Origin: Candidatus Undinarchaeota archaeon
Lineage (GTDB): Archaea; SpSt-1190; JASMDC01
Direction: 5' to 3'
Assembly: GCA_964519305.1 (NCBI GenBank)
Contig: CAZFHY010000007.1
Location: 1-64,000, forward strand
DNA length: 64,000 nt
Position 1 is the first letter of the stretch. Every line of letters starts with the position of its first letter. Under the pieces are notes generated by a model, which saw only the letters and a program-made list of their open reading frames with translations, did no database searches and was not told the DNA's origin. This document shows positions 10,412 to 20,863 of the stretch, piece after piece. The position numbers and the translations under genes are program-made.

Positions 10412-11734
10412 TCAGCGCTTGAGGTAGACCGCCGGTCCGTTCCGACCGATGAACTCGCCGTCCTGGGCTACGAGTTTTCCTCGGACGACCGTGGCCACGG
10501 GTAGTCCCCTAACGGTCATACCCTCGTACGGTGTCCATCCGATGCGGTAGTGGAGGTCGTCGGCGGTGATGCGCTTGGTGGCCTTGAGATCGACGATCGT
10601 GAGGTCCGCATCGGTCCCCACCTGGAGCGAGCCCTTGTTCGGGTAAAGACCGAAGACCTTTGCAGCGTTCGTCGATAGCACCTCGCACGCCCGTCTTAGC
10701 GTCAGACGTCCCTCGTTCACACCCAGAGAGAGAATGAGTGGTACCATGGTCTCGACACCAGGGACGCCCGAGGGGGCCTCCCAGATACCAGCTTCCTTCT
10801 CCTCGCGGAAGCAGGAGAAGTGATCGGTCGCCACCATATCGAGCGTACCATCGGCGAGCGCCGTCCATAAAGCATGGACATCGTCCACTCCGCGAAGGGG
10901 AGGGTTCATCTTGAGGAAGGGACCCTGCTCGCGCATGGCGTCGCGGGTGAACACGAGATGATGTGTGCACACCTCGCCGGTGACCGCGTGGTCCGTGCGC
11001 CAACGCGCGACCTCTTGTGCACCCTCGCGTGTAGATACGTGCACGACGTGGAGCTTGGTGTTCGTATGACCGGCGAACCGGCACATACGGGCCACGGCCT
11101 CCTCCTCTGCGATATTTGGCCGACCGAGGCTGTGGAGTACGGGATCGTCACCCTCCTTCATACGCAGTTCGGTCTCATGGTCGATGACCTCCCCGTTCTC
11201 GCAGTGGAAGAGCGCGGTGCAATCGTGTCGTTCGACCTCCCTGAGGAACTCGAGCACCTGTCCGTCATTGAGCTTGTAGGGTGGGCTGAGGAATCCCTTG
11301 AAAGAGGTGATCCCCTCGCGTACCATGTCACCGATGGAACCGATGGCTTCGGGTGTCATGTTCCCCGCATGAAGAGCGAAGTCTATGTTCGCCAGGTCCT
11401 TGCCGGCCGCGATCTTCTCACGTATAGCAGCTGGACCCAGCAGAGGTGTGTCCGTGGGCATCTCGATGATCGTGGTCAGACCACCGCACGCCGCAGCCAC
11501 CGTTGCCGAACCGAAGTCCTCCCTGTCTATGAACGGGGGCAAGGGATCATGAACATGGACATGGGGATCGATCATCCCGGGGAAAACAAGCTTACCCTTG
11601 GCATCGAACACTTCATCAGTGCTCTCGTTGATTGTGCGAGCAACCCTCTCTATGCGACCATCGGTGATACCGATATCGGCCATAAAGACCGTGAGAGGTG
11701 TGACCAAGCGTCCTCCCTTGATGATAAGGTCCAT
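10412..11734 (-). CDS. Cyclic amidohydrolase (allantoinase/hydantoinase/dihydroorotase family)
   Basis: PGMIDPHVH, SFKGF (carbamylated Lys), HCEN, HVVHVST, KMNPPLR, ATDH; lacks the HxHxR typical of dihydroorotase. Confidence 0.85.
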   Translation of the reverse strand: MDLIIKGGRLVTPLTVFMADIGITDGRIERVARTINESTDEVFDAKGKLVFPGMIDPHVHVHDPLPPFIDREDFGSATVAAACGGLTTIIEMPTDTPLLGPAAIREKIAAGKDLANIDFALHAGNMTPEAIGSIGDMVREGITSFKGFLSPPYKLNDGQVLEFLREVERHDCTALFHCENGEVIDHETELRMKEGDDPVLHSLGRPNIAEEEAVARMCRFAGHTNTKLHVVHVSTREGAQEVARWRTDHAVTGEVCTHHLVFTRDAMREQGPFLKMNPPLRGVDDVHALWTALADGTLDMVATDHFSCFREEKEAGIWEAPSGVPGVETMVPLILSLGVNEGRLTLRRACEVLSTNAAKVFGLYPNKGSLQVGTDADLTIVDLKATKRITADDLHYRIGWTPYEGMTVRGLPVATVVRGKLVAQDGEFIGRNGPAVYLKR

Positions 11735-11738
11735 CCTA

Positions 11739-12296
11739 TTACTCCTCCTCATTGAGGAGCATAGCTGCGATGACCTTACGATAACCCTTGACGATGTGGA
11801 CCTTGTCCCTTATGGTCCGCACGGTGTCCATGTCCACGACCGAGACGGGATGGTGCGGTATATAGGCGAATGATTCATCAACTCTCTTGAAGCTCTTGAC
11901 GACGAGGAACCGCTTCTCCAGGGGCTTGTAGATGACTATGTCGTTAGCACCGTCCGCACAGATCGTGTCGAGGTCCTCAGCGAGAGCGGCCTGTTCGGGA
12001 TCGTCGTTCGTTCGTTTAAGGAACAGTCGATTGTTGTTCGCTTCTATGATCCCCAGGAGCATAATGAGCACTGTGCTATCATGATCGAGAACGTACCGTG
12101 GTTCAGCACCCTCGCTAGACACCATGTTGACCATTCTCAGCTCGTGGAATAGCTCGAGATAACGCTTGACCGTCGTAGAGGGGAGTGCAGTGACCAGGAG
12201 GTCGGACCGTGTGGCGCCCCTGTCGCCGACACCATCCAGCGTCATGAGGAGCTGAAGTGTGGTCTCGTTGAGGAGGTCGAGGATGTCCTGGGCCAT
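11739..12296 (-). CDS. Winged-helix domain protein, possibly with a degenerate nucleotidyltransferase-like C-domain
   Basis: TRSDL..LPSTTVKRYLELFHELRMV..PRYVLD wHTH pattern; start uncertain. Confidence 0.5.
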   Translation of the reverse strand: MAQDILDLLNETTLQLLMTLDGVGDRGATRSDLLVTALPSTTVKRYLELFHELRMVNMVSSEGAEPRYVLDHDSTVLIMLLGIIEANNNRLFLKRTNDDPEQAALAEDLDTICADGANDIVIYKPLEKRFLVVKSFKRVDESFAYIPHHPVSVVDMDTVRTIRDKVHIVKGYRKVIAAMLLNEEE

Positions 12297-12348
12297 GGCT
12301 CGAAAGACCGCGGTTAGCATAATAAAGCTTTGCCTCGGAGGCGACATC

Positions 12349-13182
12349 GTGGGCGGTAAGGACGGATCAGCGCCTTCAAATCTCCTGCTTGGATGCAGCG
12401 GGTGGAGCTATCGTGAGTGGAACGGCCCATTCTATCCCAATGCAACCGATTCGACACGCATGCTACCGTTGTACGCCCGGGTCTTCCCCACGGTCGAGGT
12501 GAACTCGACCTTCTATCGATTACCGGCAGTTTCCATGGTGAAGCGCTGGCGTGACCGTGCTCCGGAAGGCTTCCAGTACGCCGCCAAGCTCCATCAGAGC
12601 ATTACCCACGAGCGCAGACTGGACGGATGCCAGGCCATGCTCGAGGAGTACTTGGACCGGATGGGACCGCTGGAGGAAGCAGGATTGCTAACAGCAGTAC
12701 TGGTCCAGCTCCCGCCTTCCTTCACACGGACGTCGATAGATACACTGACCGAGTTCCTCGATCTGATTCCGGATAGTCCCCGGTTCGCCGTAGAGTTCCG
12801 ACATAAGAGCTGGTACGATGAATGCAGGCTCCGGCCCGAGATCCGGGAGGTCCTTGTTCGCCGCAATATAGCAGTTTGTGTTATGGACGAGCCTGGGCTC
12901 AGGACTGCGCCCGAGGTGACGTCCGATCTTGCATATGTGCGCTGGCATGGACTGAATCCTCGTCACTGGTATGCCTATTACTACTCACCCGATGAGCTGG
13001 CGACATGGGTTGATCCCGTTCGAGCACTGTGCTCGGAGGCCGAGGTCGTGCTCGGGTATTTCAACAACCATCCACGTGGGAGCGCTCCGGCCAATTGCCG
13101 ACAGTTCGCGTCATTGCTGGGAATCGGTCTTGGGTCCATGCCACAGGGCCAGAGGACGCTCTCGAGCTTCACGGGCAAGTGA
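12349..13182 (+). CDS. DUF72 (YecE-like) TIM-barrel protein
   Basis: GCSGWSY..W..FYP, VEVNSTFY, QLPPSF, VEFRH, YVRWHG, YFNNH; GGAGG SD before GTG 12349. Confidence 0.92.
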   Translation: MGGKDGSAPSNLLLGCSGWSYREWNGPFYPNATDSTRMLPLYARVFPTVEVNSTFYRLPAVSMVKRWRDRAPEGFQYAAKLHQSITHERRLDGCQAMLEEYLDRMGPLEEAGLLTAVLVQLPPSFTRTSIDTLTEFLDLIPDSPRFAVEFRHKSWYDECRLRPEIREVLVRRNIAVCVMDEPGLRTAPEVTSDLAYVRWHGLNPRHWYAYYYSPDELATWVDPVRALCSEAEVVLGYFNNHPRGSAPANCRQFASLLGIGLGSMPQGQRTLSSFTGK

Positions 13183-13235
13183 TCGCTCAGCTGAAAGGGA
13201 AGCTATAAAAACCGGCGACCTGGCGATCTGGTCCA

Positions 13236-14099
13236 GTGGGACGGTATAATGTCTATGTTTCATCTGGGGCCGTAAACAAGGACCTTGATGAAACAGCAAA
13301 GGCTGTGAGCGAGCTCAATGAACGAGAAGGTCTTCATCTGGGTCTCGAGTTATCGTCCGTACACGTTGACGAGGTCCGCGACAACCTCGACGATTACAGG
13401 CAACAGTTCGATGACCAGGGCCTTGAAGTTGGCAGTATCCATTCCTCCATGTGGAACAACCTTTCCTCGGAGGACCAGAGACTGGTCGACAAGGGTCTGC
13501 GCGAGGTACATGAAGCCATAGACCTGGCAAGCGAACTCGGGGCGCGGACGGTCGTCGTTCATCCCGGTTATGAATTCTGCGATCCGGAATGGGAAGAAGC
13601 TTTCGGTATAACAGACCGGGGCCGTTTGGACATAGCCTATAGATCCGTGTGCGAGGTCGCTTCCTACGCTGCTGAAAAAGGAGTGATCGTGGCCTTCGAG
13701 AACCTCGACTTCGTCGGTAGCACGGACATGGAGCGTCTCCTTACGCTCGTGGAACGTGACAGGGCCACGAATCCTGACCTCTCCTATGCACGTATGACGC
13801 TCGATCTGGGACATTTCAACATCAGGGGGAGGCATATAGAGAGCCTCATCGAACGTTACAGCGAAGAGATCGTGCACACGCACCTCCACTACAATGATGG
13901 TGACAAGGACGCGCATGCACCCCTCGGTCCCGATACCTCACACGGTGCTGTGAAAGACTATCGAAGCGCTATCGAGGCGCTCGGTAGTCTACCGGATACT
14001 ACACATACACTCGAGCTCCATCTCAAGGGTACGTACGATGAGTGTGCAGATGAGCTGGAGCGTTCGGTCGGTTACCTGCAAGATGCTGGTTACTTCTGA
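13236..14099 (+). CDS. Sugar phosphate isomerase/epimerase (AP endonuclease 2 family TIM barrel)
   Basis: VVVHPG, AFEN, LDLGH, HTHLH..DAH, TLE metal-ligand pattern. Confidence 0.82.
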   Translation: MGRYNVYVSSGAVNKDLDETAKAVSELNEREGLHLGLELSSVHVDEVRDNLDDYRQQFDDQGLEVGSIHSSMWNNLSSEDQRLVDKGLREVHEAIDLASELGARTVVVHPGYEFCDPEWEEAFGITDRGRLDIAYRSVCEVASYAAEKGVIVAFENLDFVGSTDMERLLTLVERDRATNPDLSYARMTLDLGHFNIRGRHIESLIERYSEEIVHTHLHYNDGDKDAHAPLGPDTSHGAVKDYRSAIEALGSLPDTTHTLELHLKGTYDECADELERSVGYLQDAGYF

Positions 14100-14111
14100 T
14101 ACTGGCCGGGT

Positions 14112-14774
14112 CTACCACATCGAGCGAGCGTTCTGGTAAGATGCCTGTATCTGGGATTTGGCATCCCGTGCGATAGAAGGCATATGGCCTGGTAGCATGA
14201 CCTCCGCATCCAGCTTCGACAGGCGGCCCAATGAATCGATCAGCCTTTGAGTGTTGCCTCCATCGAGGTCTGTCCTGCCGAAGGAGCCGCCCGGAAATAC
14301 CGTGTCACCAGATACGAGCAATCCTGCGTCCTCTTCGAAAAGACAGATGGATCCCGGACTATGACCGGGTGTATGGAGCACCTTGAACCTGAGCCCTCCT
14401 ACCCTGACCACCTTATGCTCGGTGAGCTCGATGACCTCGACCGGTGGCGGAGGTCGTCCAAGCATACCGAATAGGTCGGGTACAGCCCCATCGCGCACAA
14501 TGTCCGCCTCATCCTCATGGCAGAGCACCTCGGTGTCCAGTGCCTCCCGCAGTGCGCTCACTCCACCGGCGTGGTCCGCGTGTGTATGGGTTAGCAGGAT
14601 AGCTGTGACATTCCCAGGGCGCACACCGATCTCGTCCAGTGTTCGCATGATACGGTCGTGGTAACGCCCTGTGCCGGCATCGATGATGAGATGATGTCCC
14701 TCGTCATGGACGACATGAACGTTCGAGTCGAATCCTTGGCCCACTATGGTAAGACAATGATCATCCACTCTCAT
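14112..14774 (-). CDS. MBL-fold metallo-hydrolase (glyoxalase II-like)
   Basis: THTHADH, HTPGHSPG, SGDT, PGH. Confidence 0.9.
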   Translation of the reverse strand: MRVDDHCLTIVGQGFDSNVHVVHDEGHHLIIDAGTGRYHDRIMRTLDEIGVRPGNVTAILLTHTHADHAGGVSALREALDTEVLCHEDEADIVRDGAVPDLFGMLGRPPPPVEVIELTEHKVVRVGGLRFKVLHTPGHSPGSICLFEEDAGLLVSGDTVFPGGSFGRTDLDGGNTQRLIDSLGRLSKLDAEVMLPGHMPSIARDAKSQIQASYQNARSMW

Positions 14775-14823
14775 GTATGGAAAGGATTGTACGCAATCTG
14801 ATAAACCTTGCCGACAGGAGCGT

Positions 14824-16362
14824 TCAGTCCACTTGGACTACAGCGCCTGCTCGTCGCGGATCGCCACCGCCCGTGTTCCCCGTGGTCATATGAACCCCTC
14901 CGAAGAATAGGTTCATCTCCTTCCAGGAACTGACATCGAACCGTCCTCTGAGGCCCTTGACGGTCGTGTCGGGGAAACCAGGTTCCATATGCAGGACATC
15001 CCTATGGTAGTGGACCCTTGGGGCCTCCACGGAACTTACAGCGTCAAGTCCGAAAACGACACGGTTGAGGATAACCTGGGCTATGGCGCTGATGATGCGG
15101 TTCGAGCCGCCGCTCCCAAGGACCGCGACCACATTTCCGTTGTCGAGGACAATGGATGGCGACATGGACGATGGGAGCCGTTTCCCGACCGGATGTGTTT
15201 GACATCCTTCCGGATTCAGGTCCCCTTCACCGAGCATGTTGTTGTACTGGATGCCGGTCCCGGGAATGACGTAACCAGCGTTCTCACCGTTGGATGAGGT
15301 CAGACTTATCGCGGTCCCATGGGCATCAGTGACCGATAGATGGGTCGTGTTCCCGAGCATTGGTGAATTGTTCGTGACAGGCGGCGCGTTGGTGAATCGC
15401 TCAATGCTCTTGGGGGAGAGCACTCGTTCGACCAAACCCTCATCGTGGATGTGCCCGTCCATCATCTCCCGTCGCATGGCGACCGACGCGATCTGCGCAT
15501 CGGCGAAATGGGTTATGTACTCAGGTCCAAGACGCTCAAGGGAAGCCAGGTCGTGACGTTCTATCGCCTTGAGGATGAACGCGATGAGAATGCCGCCGAT
15601 AGATGGCGGTGGGTTGGAGATGAGCTGTTGGCCCAGGAAAGAGGCGGAGAGTGGTTCAGAACGAACAGGAGCATAGTGCTCAACGTCCTTGGACGTGATG
15701 AGCCCGGGAGATCGTTCCATGTGGTCAAGGATCCTCCCGTAGAACTCGTCCTCAAGGGTTCTGCGCCAGTCACCGTGCGTGAAAAGTTCTAGGAAACTAG
15801 CAGTGTCCGGGTTAACGAAGATGTCACCAGCCTTCTTCGGGGCACCGTCCTTACAGAACACCCTTCGGCTCTCCTTCGAGAGCACAAGGATTATATCCAG
15901 TAGTTTGATGAACGAACCTTGACGCGGCGTGATGACGACCCCGCGACGAGCAAGTTCGATAGCCGGGGCGAGCACTTCTCGCAGAGGCAGCGCACCTCCC
16001 TCTTCATGGAGATGGAGCAGTCCCGGGAGAACACCCGGGAGGGCGGCAGATCCGATACCCGCATAGTAATGCTCCAGGCTTCCTCCGAAATCAATGGATA
16101 CTTCCTCGAACCCTTCCTTGGAGATACCGTCGCCTCCAAGTCCGGGCATATCGACGAAGAAGTCAAGCATCCAGTCCTCGCCAGTCGGACCGTCGTGGAC
16201 GATGGCGAATCCACCCCCGCCCAGGCTTGTAAGTGTTGGCTCAGTGATGCAGCTAGCTGTACATGCAGCGACAGCGGCATCGAAGGCGTTCCCTCCGTTC
16301 TTGAGCATCCTAGCACCGACCTCGCTCGTGATCTGATGGCCGGAACTGATAACGCCTTTCAT
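14824..16362 (-). CDS. ggt: Gamma-glutamyltransferase
   Basis: GGNAFDAAVA, SLGGGGF, TTHLSVTD nucleophile Thr, SSMSP, GSGG, GDPRR. Confidence 0.9.
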   Translation of the reverse strand: MKGVISSGHQITSEVGARMLKNGGNAFDAAVAACTASCITEPTLTSLGGGGFAIVHDGPTGEDWMLDFFVDMPGLGGDGISKEGFEEVSIDFGGSLEHYYAGIGSAALPGVLPGLLHLHEEGGALPLREVLAPAIELARRGVVITPRQGSFIKLLDIILVLSKESRRVFCKDGAPKKAGDIFVNPDTASFLELFTHGDWRRTLEDEFYGRILDHMERSPGLITSKDVEHYAPVRSEPLSASFLGQQLISNPPPSIGGILIAFILKAIERHDLASLERLGPEYITHFADAQIASVAMRREMMDGHIHDEGLVERVLSPKSIERFTNAPPVTNNSPMLGNTTHLSVTDAHGTAISLTSSNGENAGYVIPGTGIQYNNMLGEGDLNPEGCQTHPVGKRLPSSMSPSIVLDNGNVVAVLGSGGSNRIISAIAQVILNRVVFGLDAVSSVEAPRVHYHRDVLHMEPGFPDTTVKGLRGRFDVSSWKEMNLFFGGVHMTTGNTGGGDPRRAGAVVQVD

Positions 16363-16375
16363 GGCCTCACCCTAG

Positions 16376-17635
16376 CTAGACCGAAGGTCTTCCCATACCT
16401 TTAAAGTCTTTTTCGGTAGGCTCCGGCCCGGCATCTTCATCGAGCAGGCGCCATAGGTAGTACGCAACGAGCCCTGACGTGACAACCAGTGCTTCTTGTA
16501 GAAAAGCAAGGAAACGCTCAGTATGGGAACCTACGCCGAGGACCTCGTTCTTTGTCAGAAGGAAGGTGCCTAGCACCCAGCCGAGCACCAGCATCCGTCC
16601 GCGCGGATGCGCGTACCGTGTATCCAGTGCTAGAAGGTACGCCCCGACGATCCCGAACGCAAACACAAACTCTCCGGCCCCGAGATAATCACTGATCCCC
16701 AGCGATTTCCCGAACTCCTTGAACTTGGCTGGGGCGAGCACATCGAGAGAGAACGTGCCTGCCTGGAGCCGGTGCCACAAGAGATATGGCCCCCCTACTA
16801 GCAGAGCGATTCCGATCAACATGAAGACCTCACGTCCGCTCACGGGACGACGAAGGAAGAGAATCGAGCGCATGATCATGACGCCGTAGAGAAGAGCTCC
16901 CATTCCCAGCGTGAAGCAGACTGATGCCATGGACTGAGGATGGATCAAGGCCACCATGAACGCGAAGAGGGCCATTAGAGGATAGGAGAGAGTGAACGAG
17001 TAGATCATGAGCGGTATGAAGAAGAGTCCGAGCATCTGAGGGAGGGGTCGGACCACGTAGATCTGTAGCTCAGGAGCCGTGAGGAACATCAGCGCAACGG
17101 CCAGCCCACCCGTCGGTCGGCCTGTCAACCGTTTTCCCACGGAATAGAAGACAAGCGGGAATACCAGCGAGAATAGGATCATGAAGATCTGCGCGGTCGG
17201 TACGATATCTTGAGAAAGAACGATACCCATCACGCCGATAAGAACGCGGAAGCCGGGTACATAGTAGTTACGGGAGAGCCCTCCGTACTCGAGTGCGAGG
17301 GGGACACGCTCACCGTGCTCCATGATAAAGCGTGAGAACGCGAGCTGGTACATGGTGTTCCCATAGTTTGGGAGTATGAACTGGGTTACTCCCTGGTAGT
17401 TCATCCAGATGTTGCCGAGAAGGATGAGGGGAATGAGGGCACGTGCGACTGTGTCCTCCAGGGGAGCACCCTTCCGATCGCTCTTCATAAGCGCCCGCAT
17501 AAAGAGCAGAATGGTCGCGATAATGAGGATTTCGATGAGCAGGGATTCACCAGCGATATCATAGAACCGCTCTATAGTGCCACTGAGGGAACCGAAATCA
17601 CCCTTGATATGGTCGAATATGTCCACGGCCTTCAT
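16376..17635 (-). CDS. Polytopic membrane protein, GT-C glycosyltransferase-like membrane domain
   Basis: About 11-12 TM segments; loop with YYVPGF and a late ERF motif resembling GT-C proteins; ATGA-coupled to the upstream gene. Confidence 0.6.
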   Translation of the reverse strand: MKAVDIFDHIKGDFGSLSGTIERFYDIAGESLLIEILIIATILLFMRALMKSDRKGAPLEDTVARALIPLILLGNIWMNYQGVTQFILPNYGNTMYQLAFSRFIMEHGERVPLALEYGGLSRNYYVPGFRVLIGVMGIVLSQDIVPTAQIFMILFSLVFPLVFYSVGKRLTGRPTGGLAVALMFLTAPELQIYVVRPLPQMLGLFFIPLMIYSFTLSYPLMALFAFMVALIHPQSMASVCFTLGMGALLYGVMIMRSILFLRRPVSGREVFMLIGIALLVGGPYLLWHRLQAGTFSLDVLAPAKFKEFGKSLGISDYLGAGEFVFAFGIVGAYLLALDTRYAHPRGRMLVLGWVLGTFLLTKNEVLGVGSHTERFLAFLQEALVVTSGLVAYYLWRLLDEDAGPEPTEKDFKGMGRPSV

Positions 17636-18258
17636 ATTTGACCGCCCCCTTCGCCCGGGACGATGAACCATGGTACTAGATCGCGCCCTTCTCTGAAAGG
17701 CCAGGCATCCTCATCAACGCCGATGACCCGGTAGATCTCGACCCCATCCCGTGCATAGACACGTCGGAATGATTCAGAGTTCGAGAACTTCTTCCGATCG
17801 ACGCATTCCTCTCCTTCCTTGGCGGGGGGGCAGTGGGACTTCCACCCGAATCCACAATGGATGGCCCGGTCGTTCGGTGGGATGACGATGTAGGCCATTT
17901 GACGTTTCTTAGCCAGTTCCCAGGCATGCTTTGCGTCATGGGTGGTGAAGATATGCTGGCAGTCCCACATCCATTTGTCCGATTCGTTCACAAGGAACCA
18001 GTCACCACCAACGCCGTTACGCACGCCTGCTACGGCCATGTACATCTCACCACCGAAGATGTCACCGTTGACGATGGTGTTCTCGGGAAGATGCTCGCCC
18101 ATCCAACGTGCCGCCTCAATCTCTGCAGGCTTGACGACGGCACCGAGCCAAGGTCTGCTCTTGTTGTACGCGTCCCTCATGCCATAGAACACGGCAAGAT
18201 AGAGCACGACCGTCACAAGTATGACCTTGATGGCAAGACGGCCTTCCTTCCCACGCAT
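17632..18258 (-). CDS. Membrane-anchored protein resembling the soluble C-terminal domain of GT-C/STT3-like proteins
   Basis: Single N-terminal TM; EAARWMGEHLPENTIV, AYIVI and FRRVYARDGVEIYRV match the C-domain of 19022..20836. Confidence 0.6.
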   Translation of the reverse strand: MRGKEGRLAIKVILVTVVLYLAVFYGMRDAYNKSRPWLGAVVKPAEIEAARWMGEHLPENTIVNGDIFGGEMYMAVAGVRNGVGGDWFLVNESDKWMWDCQHIFTTHDAKHAWELAKKRQMAYIVIPPNDRAIHCGFGWKSHCPPAKEGEECVDRKKFSNSESFRRVYARDGVEIYRVIGVDEDAWPFREGRDLVPWFIVPGEGGGQI

Positions 18259-18311
18259 CGACGCGGACCGGTTCGCCAAACTATAAAAATGGATTGGGGG
18301 AGGGGGGGTGC

Positions 18312-18977
18312 ATGGAGCGTCCTCCCATCCTCGATGACATAGAAGTGATTGTCGCAAAACGGTTCGCTCAGGATGCGACCGGGCATGACCTCAATCACCT
18401 GAAACGAGTAACTTCGCTCTCGCTACGTCTGGCCGAGGAGGAGGGCGCCGACACAGAGATAGTGGGTGCGGCAGCGCTCCTTCACGATCTTCATCGGCTC
18501 ATGGAACTTGAGAGCGGGCACTACCATTCTGCAGAGGAGTCGCTCCCCTTGGCACGCAGCATCCTTGAGGAAGTGGCATTCCCGATAGACCATGTTGATC
18601 CCGTGCTGTTCTGCATCGCACATCACGAGGACTACTCGTTCACGAAAGGAGGGATCCCGTCCTCCCTCCCTATCGAAGCCATCATCATCCAGGATGCGGA
18701 CAACCTCGACGCCATGGGGGCTATCGGTATCGCTCGCTGCTTTATGTTCAGTGGTGCTCATGATACGCCCATGGGTGGGCCCTGGGACCATGGGAGGGAC
18801 GGGCCCTACGAGCCTTCACAACAGGACGGCTCGGCAGTGGCTCATTTTCATGAGAAGCTCCTCAAGTTGAAGGACGATATCCGAACGCGGTCCGCTCGGC
18901 GGATAGCTCTCGAACGACATGAATATATGGGGACCTTTCTCGAACGCCTCTCCAAGGAATGGTCGGGGGAGCTCTGA
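18312..18977 (+). CDS. HD-domain phosphohydrolase (YedJ/YpgQ-like)
   Basis: HDLNH..RV, LLHD, QDADNLDAMGAIGIAR, HFHEKLL. Confidence 0.9.
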   Translation: MERPPILDDIEVIVAKRFAQDATGHDLNHLKRVTSLSLRLAEEEGADTEIVGAAALLHDLHRLMELESGHYHSAEESLPLARSILEEVAFPIDHVDPVLFCIAHHEDYSFTKGGIPSSLPIEAIIIQDADNLDAMGAIGIARCFMFSGAHDTPMGGPWDHGRDGPYEPSQQDGSAVAHFHEKLLKLKDDIRTRSARRIALERHEYMGTFLERLSKEWSGEL

Positions 18978-19021
18978 GGAGCTCAACATCCCTTTTTATT
19001 GTTAATCCGCGAGTCAATTCT

Positions 19022-20836
19022 GTGCTCGCCGAGGTGTTGTTCCTCGCACTCGTGATGGTAGTTGGATTCGGCCCAGTCTCACGATTGGACGATCTGTCTT
19101 CCGAGGCCTGTGGTTGCCTTGCTTTCGTGCTCGGAGTGCTCGTCGTTGGCCCTGCGATCTACACCGTAGCACTTGTGTACAATGGACTTACACCTACTAT
19201 GTCCTTGATCACCGTATCAATGCTCGCCCTTCTGTCCTTACACTTTTCGCGCAGGATGAAGGATGCACCGTCATATCCGTTCTCCTACCGCGCCTCCCTT
19301 TTTATCGTGCTAGCTCCGCTCTATATAATCTCTTCAAGGGTATTCCTCAGTCAGGGACCTGGGGGCCTCCATTCGATCCATCCAGTATGGGGCGACCTTC
19401 CCATTCATCTCGCATTCATCACCTCGATCGCGTACGGAGCGAACCTGCCACCGGTCTACCCTATCATGCCTTCGGTACCGGCCCATTATCCCTTCATGAT
19501 CGACTTCGTCTCGGCAGTTCTTGTGAACCTCGGTGCCTCGCTAAGGTCAGCTGTCCTTCTGCCGAACATACTCCTATATGCTTGTCTTGCCACCCTGGTA
19601 TATGCACTGGTACGTGAGGCTCTTGGTGAGGACAGCGCTGCAGACCTTGCCCCGCCAGTGATATTCTTTGCAGGAGGTCTCCAGTTCCTTCACGCGATCA
19701 TGTTCAAGACATTCTCGGATGGAGAGCTCGGTCAAGCGGGATATCATCTTCACAACACTACGTGGGCGTTCCTGCTTCCTCAACGCACCACTTTGATCGG
19801 TCTCTCAGCTTTCTCAGCGGTCTTGCTGCTCCTAGTACGGGGTGTATCGCTCAACAGGCAGCAGCGTCGACTCCATTTTGCGCTTGCGGGATTGATCACT
19901 GGACTTCTTCCCCTCTTCCATGCACACTCATTCCTATCTGTATCCGTGGTCGCCTTCGGATTCGCATTGTGTCATGTGCGGGACCGCAGTGGGATTGAGG
20001 ACGCTCTATTGTTCGTCCTGCCCGTCATCCTGCTGGCGACACCTCAGATATTCACCATGTCAGGTCAGTTCTCACGTGAGGGCTTTATTCGTCAGCAATG
20101 GTGGTGGATGGTCGACGAAGGGGCTACGGCCATGGATGTCATATGGTTCTGGTGCAAGAACCTAGGCTTCATCCTCTTGACGTATCTCATCGGTCTTTAT
20201 CATCTTCCGCGTAAGGCGCTCATCCTTGTTGTTGCGACAGCACCTCTTCTGCTTATCACCAACGCCATGGTCCTCCAACCATGGGAATGGGATAATTCCA
20301 AGCTAGTCCTTTGTTGGATTATCGGATCCCTCCCCGCTATCTGCGCGGGAGCTGTACGTCCGATGCGATGGAGTCCCTTGGGGGGTCTTATCCTCATCCC
20401 ATTGTTCGCTTCGAGCGTGCTTTTCCTCACTCCGATGTTCGGGGGGACATCCCTTCTATTCTCTGAGGACGCCATAGCTGTAGCTGAGTGGGTACGGGAT
20501 AACACTCCATCCGATGCAGTGTTCTGCGCTGACGCGGGCTTCAAAGGAAATATCCACCATAATAATGCCATAACGTCATTGGCAGGTAGACGAACGTTCA
20601 TTGGTTACAATGGGTGGCTCTCCAGCCATGGTCTCGATTATGATCAGGAGTGGTCAGACACAAAGCGGATGCTCGCAGGTGATTGTGATGCCCTTAATCG
20701 ATATAATGTCGGTTATGCATATCTTAGACCGCAGGATGGTGGCCCCGCACCCGTGTTCGAAGAAGTACACCAACAGAATGGCTACCGTGTGTACACAATT
20801 CTATGTCCTCGTACCACGATTCCTGGAAACCCGTAA
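19022..20836 (+). CDS. GT-C-like polytopic membrane protein with C-terminal soluble domain
   Basis: Many TM segments; WGDLPIHL..YPF loop; C-terminal AEWVRDNTPSDAVF..LAGR..YNVGYAY domain. Confidence 0.65.
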   Translation: MLAEVLFLALVMVVGFGPVSRLDDLSSEACGCLAFVLGVLVVGPAIYTVALVYNGLTPTMSLITVSMLALLSLHFSRRMKDAPSYPFSYRASLFIVLAPLYIISSRVFLSQGPGGLHSIHPVWGDLPIHLAFITSIAYGANLPPVYPIMPSVPAHYPFMIDFVSAVLVNLGASLRSAVLLPNILLYACLATLVYALVREALGEDSAADLAPPVIFFAGGLQFLHAIMFKTFSDGELGQAGYHLHNTTWAFLLPQRTTLIGLSAFSAVLLLLVRGVSLNRQQRRLHFALAGLITGLLPLFHAHSFLSVSVVAFGFALCHVRDRSGIEDALLFVLPVILLATPQIFTMSGQFSREGFIRQQWWWMVDEGATAMDVIWFWCKNLGFILLTYLIGLYHLPRKALILVVATAPLLLITNAMVLQPWEWDNSKLVLCWIIGSLPAICAGAVRPMRWSPLGGLILIPLFASSVLFLTPMFGGTSLLFSEDAIAVAEWVRDNTPSDAVFCADAGFKGNIHHNNAITSLAGRRTFIGYNGWLSSHGLDYDQEWSDTKRMLAGDCDALNRYNVGYAYLRPQDGGPAPVFEEVHQQNGYRVYTILCPRTTIPGNP

Positions 20837-20863
20837 CCTTTATAATGCAACAAAGAGTCCTAC

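Noticed and set aside
18296-18309. Poly-G tract as a phase-variation site
   Set aside because: It is interrupted and intergenic, and is best explained as the SD of the HD gene
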